64,000 nucleotides of DNA from Takakia lepidozioides (GCA_030704615.1 CM060732.1:44764001-44828000), one strand, 5' to 3'. Shown: positions 24,241 through 37,400, counted from the first letter of the stretch. Notes: generated from the sequence alone by a model not told the origin. Made by a program: numbers and translations.

Positions 24241-25178
24241 TCAAAACTTTTGTCTGAAAGTGTTTTTAGAAGGATTTGAACTGGTTGGCCGTAACAAAAG
24301 AGTATTTCAACACGAAACTCTTGTCTGACAGTGTATCTGTTAAAAAACAAGCATACTTTTGAGACAATGTGGAGGGATATTAATCGAGGGAATTGAATTG
24401 TTTTCCTGTAAGAAAAGAGTTTCTCAAGAAGAAATTCATGTATAACATTGTTCTTGTTCAAAAATTGGCATGCTGTTGAACCAATATTGAGAGATATCAA
24501 CTGGGGGATTTGAATTGTTTCGTCGTAACCAAAGAGTTTTTCAATACGAAACTCTTGTGTGACAGTGTATTTGTTCAAAATCATGTGCGATTTCTTTGGG
24601 CATCTCAAGAATATTTTTCATATTTTTCATGTTTGTGAACATCATAACTGCACGCTACCCAACCTCTCTTTAGGGATCAGAGTTTCGCACTGCAAATGCA
24701 TATCTCAATATATAATTGTACTAGTTGTTAGGGGAGAGAGTTTCGCTCTGCAAAAATATACATGGGTAGGGCCTTTGATAGTGACCTATTTATCTTTTCA
24801 GCTACAGTATGATTTCTTCTCAGACTGGTTGATATAGAGTTTCACCGTACGAAATTATCCATGGGTGATGATCTTAAATTTAAGGTTAGGCCTCACTGCC
24901 CACTCTCGTGCCTGTTATGAAAAGGGTCTGGTATCGTGTGAGCACAACGTGAGAAAAAACTACGCTTATAGGGTAACATGTTCATCATGTATAGGGGTTA
25001 CTTATTTTTTATGTATTAGTTTCGTAAAATTGTTAGTTTCGCCATTTCCGTTTTGTTGTGGAAGTTTCGCGGAAATTCGGGGAATATGCCCTTGTACTCA
25101 CGCGAGCGTGCTCACGCACTACCTAACCTCGGAATTTGGCGCCAGAGTTCATGGCCGATATCGGTAATCGCTTTTCAC

Positions 25179-26016
25179 GAGGTTGGGTAGCGAGTGAGCA
25201 TGCTCATGTGAGCACAAGGGCATATTCTCCGAATTTCCGGGAAATTTCCAGGAAATTTTCACAGCGAAATGAAATTGACGAAATTAACAATTATGCGAAA
25301 CTAGTAACACACAAAGAATAAGTAACCCCTATACCTAATGAACATGTTACCCTATAGGCATGGCTTTTTCTCCATTAGAGGCGGGAGAGTGGGCGGTGAG
25401 GCTTCACGTAAACTTTAAGGTCCTTTCCATGGCTTTAAAAAATAAAATAAAATAAAATAAATCTCCCATGGATAATTCCGCCTTGCGAGATTCCGCCTGA
25501 GAAGCAATCACATTATGGTTAAAAGGATGAATAGGTCACTTTTCAAGCCCCCACCCATTCTTTTTGGATGTAGGATTTTTGGGTGATGGGATTTCTCAAT
25601 GCAAAACCCACCGCTTGCTTAGTTTGTGTCCATATCACCAATTATTTCTCAGTGCGAAATTCACCAAGGCCTAGTTTGTGCCCATATCACTAAGTATTTC
25701 TCAGTACAAAATTCACCGCTGCTTAGTTTGTGCCCATATCACCAAGTATTTCTCAATGCGAAATTCACTGCCGCCACTACAGGTTTAGGGTTTTTGGCTA
25801 CACTACTGAAGGTTGAATTGGCGCAAATGTACTCTACAAATGCACCGGTCCTCCATACCGGCTTATGGTTTAATTTCGTTTTGAAAACATATAACTCCTA
25901 CGACAGGTTTAAAAACATAAAACTCCCATGACCCCATGACCGTGGGTTGTGCTCACGTGAGTCTGAGCGTGCTCACGTGAGCATGCACACGTTGTGCTCA
26001 CATGATACCAACCCCC
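25179..26016. mobile_element. Short MULE-like element B, related to A and inverted relative to it
   Basis: gaggttgggtagcgagtgagca...gtgctcacatgataccaaccc. 25181-25356 is the inverse of 24970-25128, and ~25720-26013 is the inverse of 19710-19990. Flanks cttttcac / cttttcat. Confidence 0.65.
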
Positions 26017-27154
26017 CTTTTCATTGTTGTACTAGGTTACCATATCTCTTCTACCCATTGTGAAGGTCACCTTGGTGCACATTGCTCATTATTGCTCATC
26101 TCTCTTGACTCGGATATGGCTCCCGCCAGACCCACCCTTTGCCAAGTGACAGGCTCAATTGGTCCGGGCCTTGGACAACGAGACAAACCTATTGCCCCAT
26201 TATTTTCGAACCTTATGCACATAAAAGCAACCATCCATGCCACCAGTCGGCCATGCTCCACCGACGTCAAACTTTGGATAACTTGGCTGATTTGGCCGGG
26301 ACATGGAAGTTGGCCCTTAGTGAGTCGGTTGCCACCCAATTTAGTTTTCTAGGTAAATCAACAATGACATGCTTGGCAGCCTAGACGGATGCGTGGACAT
26401 GGCAATGGTAACAACAATGGTTGCACGCAAACTGGTTTTAGTTATGACGGTTAACCTATGACATGCTATATAAGAGCACTACACCAAATTTTGTCCCCAC
26501 CAGGAAGGGTTTGCTGAAATAAGCAAGGGTAAAAAGGTGATGGTGCCGTCGTCTTTAGGATCTTTAACCCTTAAACGCCCAGTAGCCCGTTTTGGGTTTT
26601 TCAAATTAAATTTTTTGCTATAACTTATGAGGATCTTAGCCAAAATTCCTAAATTTTGGATATGTTATGCCCAGCCACCTGGGCTAATCTGAACCATTGG
26701 ACGATTTTCCCTTATCAAGGTTAGGGTTCTAGAGCTGTTGTGAGATCTGGGTCCCTCACTTTCTGCGCGAGTTGGAGCGTTTGCAGTGGCCCGAAATTTC
26801 TTTGTATGGATAAACAGGGGGAACAATATAATGTTTTGCAGGCTGACGGGTGTTTTGTCTGGACAAATGGATGAACAATATAATTTGGATGACATGTTGG
26901 AGTTCAAGCAGATTCTTGGTCCCTCCCCCCCTCTGCATCGGTGAAGGAGCACCCTCCCATGGAGCAACGTAGCCTGGGCCTTGTTCTCATTCTAGCTCGC
27001 TCCACAGTTCGTGTTGTTTTGAGTGCTCATGTCATGAGCAGCTGTCGTTGAACACTTTGTCTTTAATCCTCAATGTAGTATTTGGTGGGCCATGAGCGCC
27101 TCCAGAGCACCTGTTTCAGATGACGAACTTTACCGAGTCGTGGATTTGTTAATA

Positions 27155-27797
27155 CCGTCGCTTATCAACCGTCTGGGCGATAATTAATTCAAATTGAAAG
27201 TGCCTAACGCGTTTTGGGAAATTTTCAAATTTTGGCCTAATTGCACGGAAATTATGGACCAAAGTGCCTAATGCCTAAAATTTCCAGCAAAAAACTTTCA
27301 AGCCTCTTCTCATGTTGTTTGTAATAAGATGAAAATTTCATTGAACAAAAATCAATACAAATATATGCGAGCGGAAATAACTTCATACAAATCCCAATCT
27401 ATTTGCGAGAGCTCCATGTAACTTCAAAAGGCCCCTCCACGGACTCGACAATGTCATCATATTCATCCTCCTCGCTAATCATCATGATCTCTCCATCTAC
27501 CCCTGCAAGCTTGGAGGAGATTTCAGCTGGGCCTGTTGGCATGGGACAACGCCCATGGTTTTTTTTTTTTTTTTTTGGGGAGGATTGGGTATTGGGTATT
27601 GGGCATTGGTTTTCTATTTTGTATTTTTATTCTTAAGAAAATAAATGTTTTCTCTTCTCATGTGCCTAATTCAAAAAAAACTTATAGCATGAGGATGCAT
27701 TATGTGAGAAATGGCTTGAGAAACGCACCTAAGCAGTCTGTTTGGGATTTTATAATTATTAGGCACAAAAAAATGCCTAAACGGTTGATAAGGGAGG
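27155..27797. mobile_element. Tc1/mariner-like MITE
   Basis: TA|ccgtcgcttatcaaccgtctgggc ... gcctaaacggttgataagggagg|TA; repeated internal tgcctaa motifs. Confidence 0.65.
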
Positions 27798-27814
27798 TAG
27801 TTTGGTAGGGACCA

Positions 27815-27990
27815 ATGTCACTCCCAATTTGCATCCTGGATGTTCCCACATTTGGCATACATTTTCAGCATGGCAGTATTTAGAACGACATCTAATACTT
27901 ACAATTCCAGCTTTGATGATGTAACCGTGGGCCTCTTTGTCATTTCCCTCCTTGCTGCTCACTTGGGATGCAAACTGGGAGTGACATTGG
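27815..27990 (-). pseudogene. Second degenerate PLS-PPR fragment
   Basis: KEAHGYIIKAGIV and a frameshifted MYAKCGNI. Shares nucleotide string tacaattccagctttga.gatg with ~24026-24047. Confidence 0.6.
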
Positions 27991-28449
27991 TCAAGATCCC
28001 TTGCCGCCACTCATAGGCTTCTCAATTTCTACCTAGGTGCCACTGCCAACATGACTTTGCTTAATATAACACTAGAAGTTAACATAAGACAAGATTACAG
28101 ACTTCCGCTGACACGTAAAGAACTGGGCCACATTACCCTGGACAACACTAGGAATAAGCTAAGAACTTAATGCACACGTGTAATCTCTTACAAGAGGTAT
28201 GCTAGATCTTGGCATGTCAAATCTTCCCCACCCTCAAGAGTGACGTGGAACTAAAGAGAATGACTCTCAGTCCGGGTGACATGAAGGAGTGTAAACGTGT
28301 AAACTCCACTGCGGGTTACGGCGGGGGGTATTTACATGGAAGGGAGTATAACTCTACTTGGTGTAATTTACACTTGGTCTCGAAATTTGAGTAAGTGGCT
28401 AAATATAAATTGGACTAAGAGGAGTTATACACAAGACAAAATGGTGACA

Positions 28450-31400
28450 CTACCTAACAGCAGGTTGGGTGATGCTCTTTGAATACGATCGAATCTTGGC
28501 TACCGTGTCTGCAAAACTGTCACAAAGAAAATAGCTCTTTTGGAACCCATCCTTGTAGCTCATTTTTGGTAACTTGGAGAACGGATCAAGATCTTCAAAT
28601 ACAGGAAAATAATCCTCACTACCAGCCCTCATGTACATCAACTCTCCATAACTGGAAAGTAAACCAGCCCCAAAAGCCTTCACTTCATCTGCTTCTCTGA
28701 CTGTTCCAAACTCCACGGTGTACCAGTACAGCTTGGTAAGATGCCATATCTCTTTCTCTGATGCTCCAAGGGAAGCTGTACCTATCACAGAGGCCAATTC
28801 AGCAAACTCCTGATCGGCCAACATGGGAAGATGACCTAGAATCTCATGGTAGATGTCAGGCTCTGGTGTGTACATCGGATTACTCCCGTGCCAAATATAC
28901 TGTGTGGAATGGAAAGTGTGGAAAGCAAGACCATTTAAAAAATCCCTTGGGTGCAGTAAGCCAGCAACAGGTCTAATTGTCCATCCTGTACTGCTTTGCA
29001 ACACCTGCCAGACAATGAAAGATTTACAGAGATATATAGCTGATCAGTAGATGGACTATAAGTTGCTAAAGTTCTATACTTGCAGATTACCCAGAACTTA
29101 TGCTCCTAATCTTATGCCTATCTGACAGAGTTTAACTTACATCTATAACATAATTAGCTGGGCAGCTGGGATGGAGGAGAGATTTCTGGTTCCACTTGCA
29201 GTAGTACGTCAGCACCATTTTCTACAGGTATTTCAGGATTAGGTCCCAGCTCATTTAGATAGAAAGAGTTTATATACATGAGTACAGATCTATCATTACT
29301 ACAGCGTACCTATTCTGCACGCTAGATAGTAGAGAGAAGTCAGACAACATTTGATGCCAGCTGATCTCTATATTCTACTTATGGCCCATTCTCACCCATA
29401 GTGCACATGAGAAAAGTCAAATTGCTCCCAAATTCTGATCTCCTATAACTATAGCTGGATTCTAATATCATGGTAGCTCTCCAGTGAGGCTTATATTTCA
29501 TAACCTGCAATATGTTTGCCCAACTAAGGCCCCCGCCGCACCAGCCTGCTATCGCCTGCTACACTCTTACTAACTACAGCTACATAGAAAATTGCGGCCG
29601 CACTGACATGTTTAAAATGTTTTAGCCATAACTATAGTTATCTATCCTAAGAACTTCCTTCCTACTTTAGAGCAAATTTAGCACTACCCCCCCCCCCCCC
29701 TAGTGCTAAATCTAAACAGGCGTGCCGTTTTTGGGCAGCTGCCCGCGCCATTCTCTGCCATCGCCATTCCCATTCGCCATTTGCTTCTCATTCGCTCTTC
29801 CTTTCTCCTTCGCGCTCTCTTTTGGTTTTAGTTTCTCTTGCTTGAGTGCTCATGTTCCCCTCTCCTGCATTGCATCATGTCCACCACAACTACGACTTCA
29901 GAGAGGTCAGAGAGTGCAGCTGGTGAGGCGGTGGATTCGTATGCAGGTGAAGTACCTGCGACGCAGACTCATGATGTTGGGAGGAGACCTGGAAAGAGAC
30001 CACGACAGACCAATTGGTCTGAAAGTGAAATGCACTGGCTTGCCGTGGCCAAGAAAGATGAATGGCAGGCATGGAAGGAATCTTCTGCCCGGGGGAATAT
30101 GGTCGTGGACAGGGTCAAGTGGGAAAAGGTAGTTCGATTCTTGGAGAGCCACGGGGTGAGGGGCCGGGATGTGGTCAGCTGCACCAACAAATGGAATATG
30201 ATAGCAAAATTGTACAGAGATATCCGAGGACATCAGCTCCACGCGACAGGCAATCAGGATTAGTGGGGCATGGATGGCAAGGAGCGCGTAGCTCTAGGCC
30301 TTCCAAAGGCATTCACCAAGGAGCTGTACAGCGATATGGACTTTTTGGCGGAGCGAGCATGCAATGCTCCGCGAGCCACTTCGAGCAGCACGCACATGCA
30401 CATGCAGGTAATTTCTAATTTGCTTTGGTTGGCTCAGAATGCAGAAGTGGGAGCTGCCCAAATGCTGAATGAGGTGTTTTAGGTCTCCATGATAGTTCTA
30501 TGAGACGAAATTACCGTGCCAAAGTAGAGTGCGAATCTTGAGGGTCTCTTTGAATGGAAGATATGCATCTAACTCTCCTTCTCTGTCAACAGCATAGACA
30601 TCCTCCAACTCTAGTGCCCATTCCTACAATAAGCAACGACATAGTCACTACAAACTCCACACACCTCTGAGTAGTTCTTTTTGTTAATTGAACATACACA
30701 GGATACAAGCCCAATTTTATATACAAAACACTCTATTCTGTAGTGCTCATATACTGTGTTATGTGTAGATTACTATCAAAGTTTAAACATGGACCCCGTC
30801 ACAGGATTGTAGCCAGTTTCTACACTTGCAGAGGCTGCAAGCTCCAGGTACTTTGCATACAACAATGCCAGAACATTCAGGGCTAGACCCCCTGGAACCC
30901 TCATGGAATCGATATTCTAGCTGACCAGGAATTCAAATTTAAGTTCCATTTTCTGGGCTATCGTTGTTCACAATTTCTTAAGATACATACCGTGGTGGGT
31001 TGGCGCATGAGTTCTCATCAAATACTTGTTCACCAGCTCAAAGTCAGGGCTGTCATGAGGTAAATGAACAATATCACATTGCAACTTCTTGTAGTTTGCA
31101 TCCAAGGGGTCTTCTTCAGCGTCTTCCCCCCTTGAATTGATGAGCTCTGATGCTATTTCAATGTCCCGGAAAGCTTCTAGCATTTCAATCCGCCATCACA
31201 CTTCATGGTATTGAAACAAGATGCCTGGAAGCTGCAAACTTTCAAGGAATGGCTAAAGAACGTTTTGTATCTTCTATCTCAGAATTGTGTCTTACTCCTA
31301 CTGTCTTTTCTGCCAAGCTGACACCCTTCCTCTAGCCCTCCCCTTTCTCCCAGATTAATGAGCAGCGTACAAATTTCTTGCTCAAATCACCGCTCAGTAA

Positions 31401-34400
31401 TCCGGCATGTCTAGCTATCCTCCCCAATCATATCTCACATTGTCATTGGAAGTCAGCTATTTAGAAATGGAAGTGACTATCAATGACCTTATCTGTATAT
31501 GTGTCAATGTGTCTCTCTCCTATGACAATCAGGTATGGTCAAACCTTGGACTTAAGTATTTGCTCGGTGAAGATCAAAGTAGGATGAACAGTGGGTATGA
31601 ACGTGAAGAAACGATTGTTTGCATCCACCAGCAGCCCCGGGGGGTGCACTCCTCATTAAATGTACCAGCCACGTGCGTGCACAGGAGGGGGTATTTTAAA
31701 CCCCCCCATGTACAACATTATACATACAGAGGGGGGTTTAAAACACATTAAATATAATTTTACAGGAGGGGGTTGTTGAGTTTTTAGGGATAGTGTAGTG
31801 GTAAGAATGGCGATTCCGCCGCGATGCATCCCGGGATCGAATCGTGGAATCGTCGTTTTGTATGTTTGTTTATTTTTATTTTTCGCTCCACGATCTTTCT
31901 CCCCTGACCTCCCGCGGCTTTCTCTTTTCTTTCTCCTCCTCTCCCGCGTTCGCCTTCCCTTCCGCGGGCTTTCTCTTTTTCCTCCTCTCCTCTCCCCTCC
32001 TCTCCACAGGGCATGGTAGGACAATGTGGTGAGGGCACCAGAATGTGGCGAGGGCACTGACTTGGGAGAAGGTTTGCGGTTGTGATGTATGTAGAGGGCA
32101 GGAATCGAAGGGGATGAAGTAAGTGCGCGGGAATGTGGGGCAGGCCTGGGCTGATCGGTGATGATATGCGGGTGTGGTGGCGGATTGTTGTGCAGCAATG
32201 ACGGGAGGACATGGGCATCAAGATTCCCAGTCATCAGAGGTAATGAACACATTAGGCCTATTTTCTTTCCTAATAATGATTGGCGTGACACAATGGTTGT
32301 ACTCACTGTATCAGGCCTATTCTCATCCTTATTGAATCCAAACAGCCAGAGGGACAAGATGCCCCTAAGTGTACAGAACCTGAACGTCCTGAATCTGAAG
32401 GATTTGGTACTCAAGAGTTTACACAAGACGAGCAAAATCTACACATGGGGTAACTGTCCCCCTTTTGCAGAACGGTTGGGCGTCCAGGAGCAATCCCAAG
32501 CTACCTAGACGACAAACAATTCACATGCAAAGGGTTGGCTTGCGGCTGGCCACTTTCAACTTCTCAGGGCTTACTAACCAAAGGAAACAATTCGAAGTGG
32601 GACAAGTCCTCCGGACTAATGATATTCATATCTGTGCTGGGCAAGAAACATGGGAAACTTCGGATAAACTGGTTGGAGATGTCAATGGTTATAAATGGGC
32701 AGGTAGGATGTGTACTCTCAAGGCAGCCTCTGCCAAACGCGGTCAAAAAGGGGTTGGATTCTTTGTCCGTGATTTCTTGTTTGATAATTGTGAAATTATC
32801 AACAAGGGTTTGAGGTACGAACATAGTTTCTCGCTAAAACTGAATCTGAAGGGCGGCATGAGTACGAAGGACCTCTTTGTGGGTTGTGTTTACATGCCCA
32901 CAGAGGGGACCCTTAGTGCTGACGCAGACAAAGCCTTCGAAGATGTAAAGCTGGACTGTGCTTCGTTCCTTGCCAAAGGTCAGGTAGTGCTATTGGGTGA
33001 CTTCAATGCCCGGGTGGGCAAAGGGCTCCATCAGGATGATATCATTGGGCCTTTTGGTGAGGACGAGCCCTCTATAAAGAGTGCTGCAATTTGAAAACCA
33101 ACAGAGAATTGTGGGCGAGGTACTATCAGCTCCGGAAAGATATCAATCAGCTTGTTAGGTCTCAGAAGAAATTATACTGGGATAAGTTATACAGTGAAAT
33201 AAACTCAAACCACCATGGTGGTAATGACAAGAAATTATGGTTGGCCCTTCAACGTTTGTACAAGCCTAAAAACGGTCAGCAAGTACAAGCGCTGAAGACT
33301 ACTAAAGGTGCAGTGGTGACTTCATCGGTTGACATTGTCAAAACCTTTGAAAATCACTACAGTATCCTTCTAGGTCTAACAGTGAGGGGTCTTCTGCTGA
33401 ATGGAGGGACACAGTTGGAAAAATTGTTCCTATGATTCAAAACAGCCCTGATGAACTGGAGTATATTTCAATGGCTTATAACGCTCCCATTAGTTCTTCT
33501 GAGATTGTGGAAGCAATTGAACATTTAAATGGATATAAAGCTGGTGGACCTGATGGTATTGTCAACGAGCTTATCAAGCACGGTGGCGATCCCATGATAG
33601 AGGCCCTAGTTCTCCTCTTTAACCTTATCTGGAAGACTGAAATGATCCCCTTTCGCTGGCGACAGGGGGGTCATTGTCAGTCTATACAAGAAGGGTGACA
33701 GAGAAGAACCGGGGAACTACCGTGGCATCACACTCAGGAGTTGATTAATTGTGCGAAGAGATACTTTGATCTTTGGGGGCTAGAGGCTAATGTCAGCAAA
33801 TGTGCAGTGGTAGCATTCAACGACAGAGGAGAGGGAGGAAGTGATCTTAAGTGGCAGTGGGGTAGCCAAGAGATCCCGGTCCTCCCTTCCTACACTTACC
33901 TGGGCGTTGAGTTTTCCTCCAATTGTAATTGGGATGCACATATCCGGAAAGTTGTTCGAACTGGCAAGGGCAAAGCTCTGGGGCTCACTAAATTTTTCCC
34001 ACTGCAGAGGGGTCATCTCTGAGGTTAAGAAAACCATGCTTTGTCGCGTTATTAGACCTGGCTTGGAGTACGGATCTGCTATATGGGTTGATAACTCCAA
34101 CCAGGCTAAGTCTCTAGAATCCATTCAAGTGGGGGTGCTTAAGGAGTGTATGTCAGCATGCTCCAAAACAGCCAATGTGGCTGTTCGGGGTGAGTTTGGC
34201 ATTCCGTCCTTAAGCTCCCGACGAGATGAATTCAAGGTCAGATGGTGGGGTCAGCTGCAACATATGCCCAACACCAGATATCCTAAGTTGATTGACTCTA
34301 TATCTTGGAAACAGGACCGTCCTGTCAAACAGGCTAAGTCCTGGCAGAAGAGAGTAGAAAAGATTCTCAAGGACCTGGACCTGGATCCGCAAGTCTTGAC

Positions 34401-37400
34401 CCTGCTGGATAAATCTGCCTTAGAGGCTGTAGTGTCTGAGGCCATGTCTGTTGCCATGAGATTGTCTGATGAAAATGAAGTTAGGCAGAGAACTTCCCTG
34501 AACTTGTTTCCAGTCAGTGACATGGGGGTGGACATCTTGGATGACCTCAAGGGTCTACCCACTCTCGGCACTAGACTGAAATTTAAACTCAGGGCAGGAA
34601 GCCTACCTTTGAACAGCAAACAGAAGCAGAGAGGAAAGGGAGAGTGCAATTGTCCGTTGTGTGGGCAAACTGAAGACAGTATTCATTTTCTGATACGCTG
34701 TCCGGGTTCTCTCACCAAAGAGAGGCTCTCTTCAATTCTATCAAGGGAATTGTGCCCGTACCCCTGTTTACCAACTTTGAAAGTCTCGAGGCAGAGCCAA
34801 AAGCCCAGGCCCTCCTGAGGCCTAGCTTTTGGGCAAATCACACACAGCAGATTGATGCTTGTGTGAAGGGTTTTCTAGAGGATATCTGGAAAACCCGGAT
34901 TAATTCCTTATACGATGGTAAGTCTTACTACCAACGTCAGCCCTGTTCCTTTTGTTCCCACTGAAACTGGGCGCGGGGTCAATGGCCACAAGGCTACGGC
35001 AAACAACGTCTTATGAGTACAATCTCATCCTTATCATCCCTCGCCTTTTGGAAAATTCCAGCCATAATTGAAGGGCAATTGGTTGTTGTACTTAATTGCA
35101 CGAATGTTCCCCTTTCTGTTGGAATGAGCCGCACGTCCTTTCCATGCTGACATACCCTTTCTTCTTCCTGCAGGATCCTTTGGCCAGCCCTGTTATTTCT
35201 ATCATTTGTGCCATCCTCTTGGCGTTTCCACAGCCTCCCCTCATTGCCAGTGAAGTGTTTCTTTCTCTTCCCTTTGTCTTTAAAGACACTCCAACTGTTA
35301 GCTGCAGTACCCTTCGCTGATTTCTTATTACCTTTGACCTCATGTATGTTTTCAATCATGTTTGAAGGGTGATCACTTGCTGCCATATGCATGGAGGATG
35401 TTTTGAGCCAACCTTTGGATGATCATGCGGAAGAGGTAGTTGTTCAAAGTGAATTGAGACATACTCTGGATGCTGTCATTGATGAGTTTGAACAAGAGAA
35501 AGATGGATCGAAGGCAGTGGTTCCATTTGTCAAAGTAGACGGGAAGACCATATTCAAAAGCACTTTGGTTAGCCAACTCAATGGCAACCCTACTCTATCC
35601 AAGGATAGATTGACACGAGTAAGAAGTGCATCGATGTTGTTTTGCCGGGAAAACAAACCAACTACCAGCAACAAAGCCACGAGCTTGGGATTGGGTTCGG
35701 ATTGTGCTGTATTTTTTGTTGATGGGGAGACTGCGATCCAAACTACAAACAGGAAAGGTAGACCAGGGAAAACCTGCAGAGGAGCAACCAAAGGCACTTG
35801 GTATTTGGGCAGGGTTCAAAGAATGCGGAAGAAAATCAATAAGCGGTTTGTAGAATGTAGGGATTCTGTTGATTTATTGGAGCGTCCTTCTCATATGGAG
35901 ATTGGGTTAGCATGGTACCCAAAAATTCGAGGAGGGGTCTATACGTACGATTTGACGGATAACATGATGGTTGATTTGGATTCCATTATCGCGTTAGCAT
36001 GTTTAAAGTACAATGTCAAGTCAAACACATATGTTCTTGATGCAAATGACCGAAAAGTCTTTGACAACTTTATCAAAGGCAAATAATTTTTTAATTAATT
36101 TGTTAGATTTTATTATGTTTTAAATGAATAAATTCGATATAATATAAAAACATACATATACATATTGGAGGGTTATTTTTAATGATGAAAAATGAGAATA
36201 TACATACAGAAGGGGGTACTTTTCGAAAATTGTAAATTTTTGTATATTTACAGGAGGGGATTTTATAATCTTCAAAAAGTATGTACAGAGGGGGTATAAA
36301 TTATCCAAGGACCCGTATACAGGGGTTTTTTTTATTAGGCGACGAACGCACGTGATACGCACAGTTTATAAAGAGTGCACCCCCCGGGCCAGCAGCCCAT
36401 CCTTGTGTGCGTCGTGTTCAACATGTACCATGAGGTTTTGTATCTTTGTCAACACCTGATAACCTGCACACCAACAAAATTTAAAGACAGCCAACAGAGC
36501 ATTGCCTTTGTACAAGCCCCTTCTACAGAGAGAAAGTGGTCTCTAGAAGTGACAGTAGTGTTTGTCAGAGAATGAGTACTCATTCACACTGCCTCTGGGC
36601 ATTGACTCTGCCGTACCCAACTTGATGGGTTTGGGGGCAGTCTCCACACTGCTGGTGATCATGGCTTCAAACCTGTTTACACTTAACCCTTCAATGCTCA
36701 GTGCTTTTTGTTGGCTTCTAGCCCTGAGAGATGGAGAGAGATGGCGTGCCGTTGGTCATTGGCCCATGGAAGCGTTTGTTCGGAAGACCATTGAAGTCAC
36801 AACAAGTCAGAAGCTTTTCATTGCAAAATCCAGAGTAAATACTGGAGATTGTTCCATGTTGTCGGGGCTGGTTTGAATTCACAGTTGGCATTTCAAATGT
36901 ATACATCTTAGAGCAGGGGTGCAGAATGGGTGGGGGATTTACAGAATTAGGCTGCTATTCATTCCTTCCTCATGGCTAGCCAGTCATGTCTGTACTAAAT
37001 CTTTCTGCCATCCCAACTCTTGCTTTGTGTATAGGTTGGGTTTTGTAATTGCTTATAGCTCTGTGATTGGTAGCCAATAATCCACTGACTTATGGGTGCA
37101 CACTTTGGAGATTCCATCATTGTAGTGGTGTAGTTGTAGTGTTTTGTAGTTTGCAGTGTGCAACATGTCGTACTTCATTTTCAGGTCAGCCAGCAAGCAT
37201 GTCCACGGGGCCTTGCTTCTGTGATATCCTGAACCTTGGGTTTTCTTTTCAAGTGCTGTCATATTTACTGCACACCCTGCTCACAAGTTGCTGATGGTCT
37301 ACTAAATATGATGTTAGTGCTTAAATGCCTGTGTGGTGTGGTGGAGTGCTTCAATCCAAAGTTCGGTTACTCTTGGCCACTCTCTGCTCCACAGAGGGGA

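Larger units (their letters stand above)
20430..24590. repeat. ~120-bp satellite-like tandem repeat with an orientation switch at ~21375
   Basis: Recurrent unit aagagtttcgtgttgagaaactctt...tccatattgg...gcatgcaggttttt in 20430-21375; reverse-complement units in 21375-21523, 22172-22380, 22982-23650 and 24240-24590. Confidence 0.92.
19707..25130. mobile_element. Non-autonomous MULE-like element A (composite, Pack-type)
   Basis: Left end gggttggtatcgcgtgagcac, right end gtgctcacgcactacctaacctc; ggaatttgg flanks both sides (putative 9-bp TSD). Both ends are homologous to element B. Confidence 0.65.
31636..36388. mobile_element. Unclassified TIR DNA transposon with 8-bp TSD
   Basis: 16-bp TIR CCCGGGGGGTGCACTC / GAGTGCACCCCCCGGG; TSD CCAGCAGC (31628-35, 36389-96). 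Removing it restores the PARP reading frame. Confidence 0.9.
30510..36455 (-). pseudogene. PARP1: Captured PARP1 fragment (regulatory domain into start of catalytic domain; three exons with introns)
   Basis: GYQVLTKIQNL...GLL|VDANNRFFTFIPTVHP...LKSK (split by insertion 31636-36388); MLEAFRDIEIASELI...DPLDANYKKLQC...YLMRTHAPTH (~30990-31190); EWALELEDVYAVDREGELD...LLWHG (~30512-30625). Confidence 0.88.

Noticed and set aside
26477-26600. CACTAC and TTAA-CCCTT possible CACTA/piggyBac ends
   Set aside because: No matching opposite terminus or transposase was found in the window.
28845-28895. U-to-C editing as a rescue of the PAH Trp codon
   Set aside because: Plant C/U editing is organellar; this is a spliced nuclear gene, and the TGC>TAC change could not be corrected that way.
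30261-30263. Programmed readthrough of the TAG in the Myb ORF
   Set aside because: A point mutation in a decayed transposon is the simpler explanation; neighbouring cargo is also disabled.
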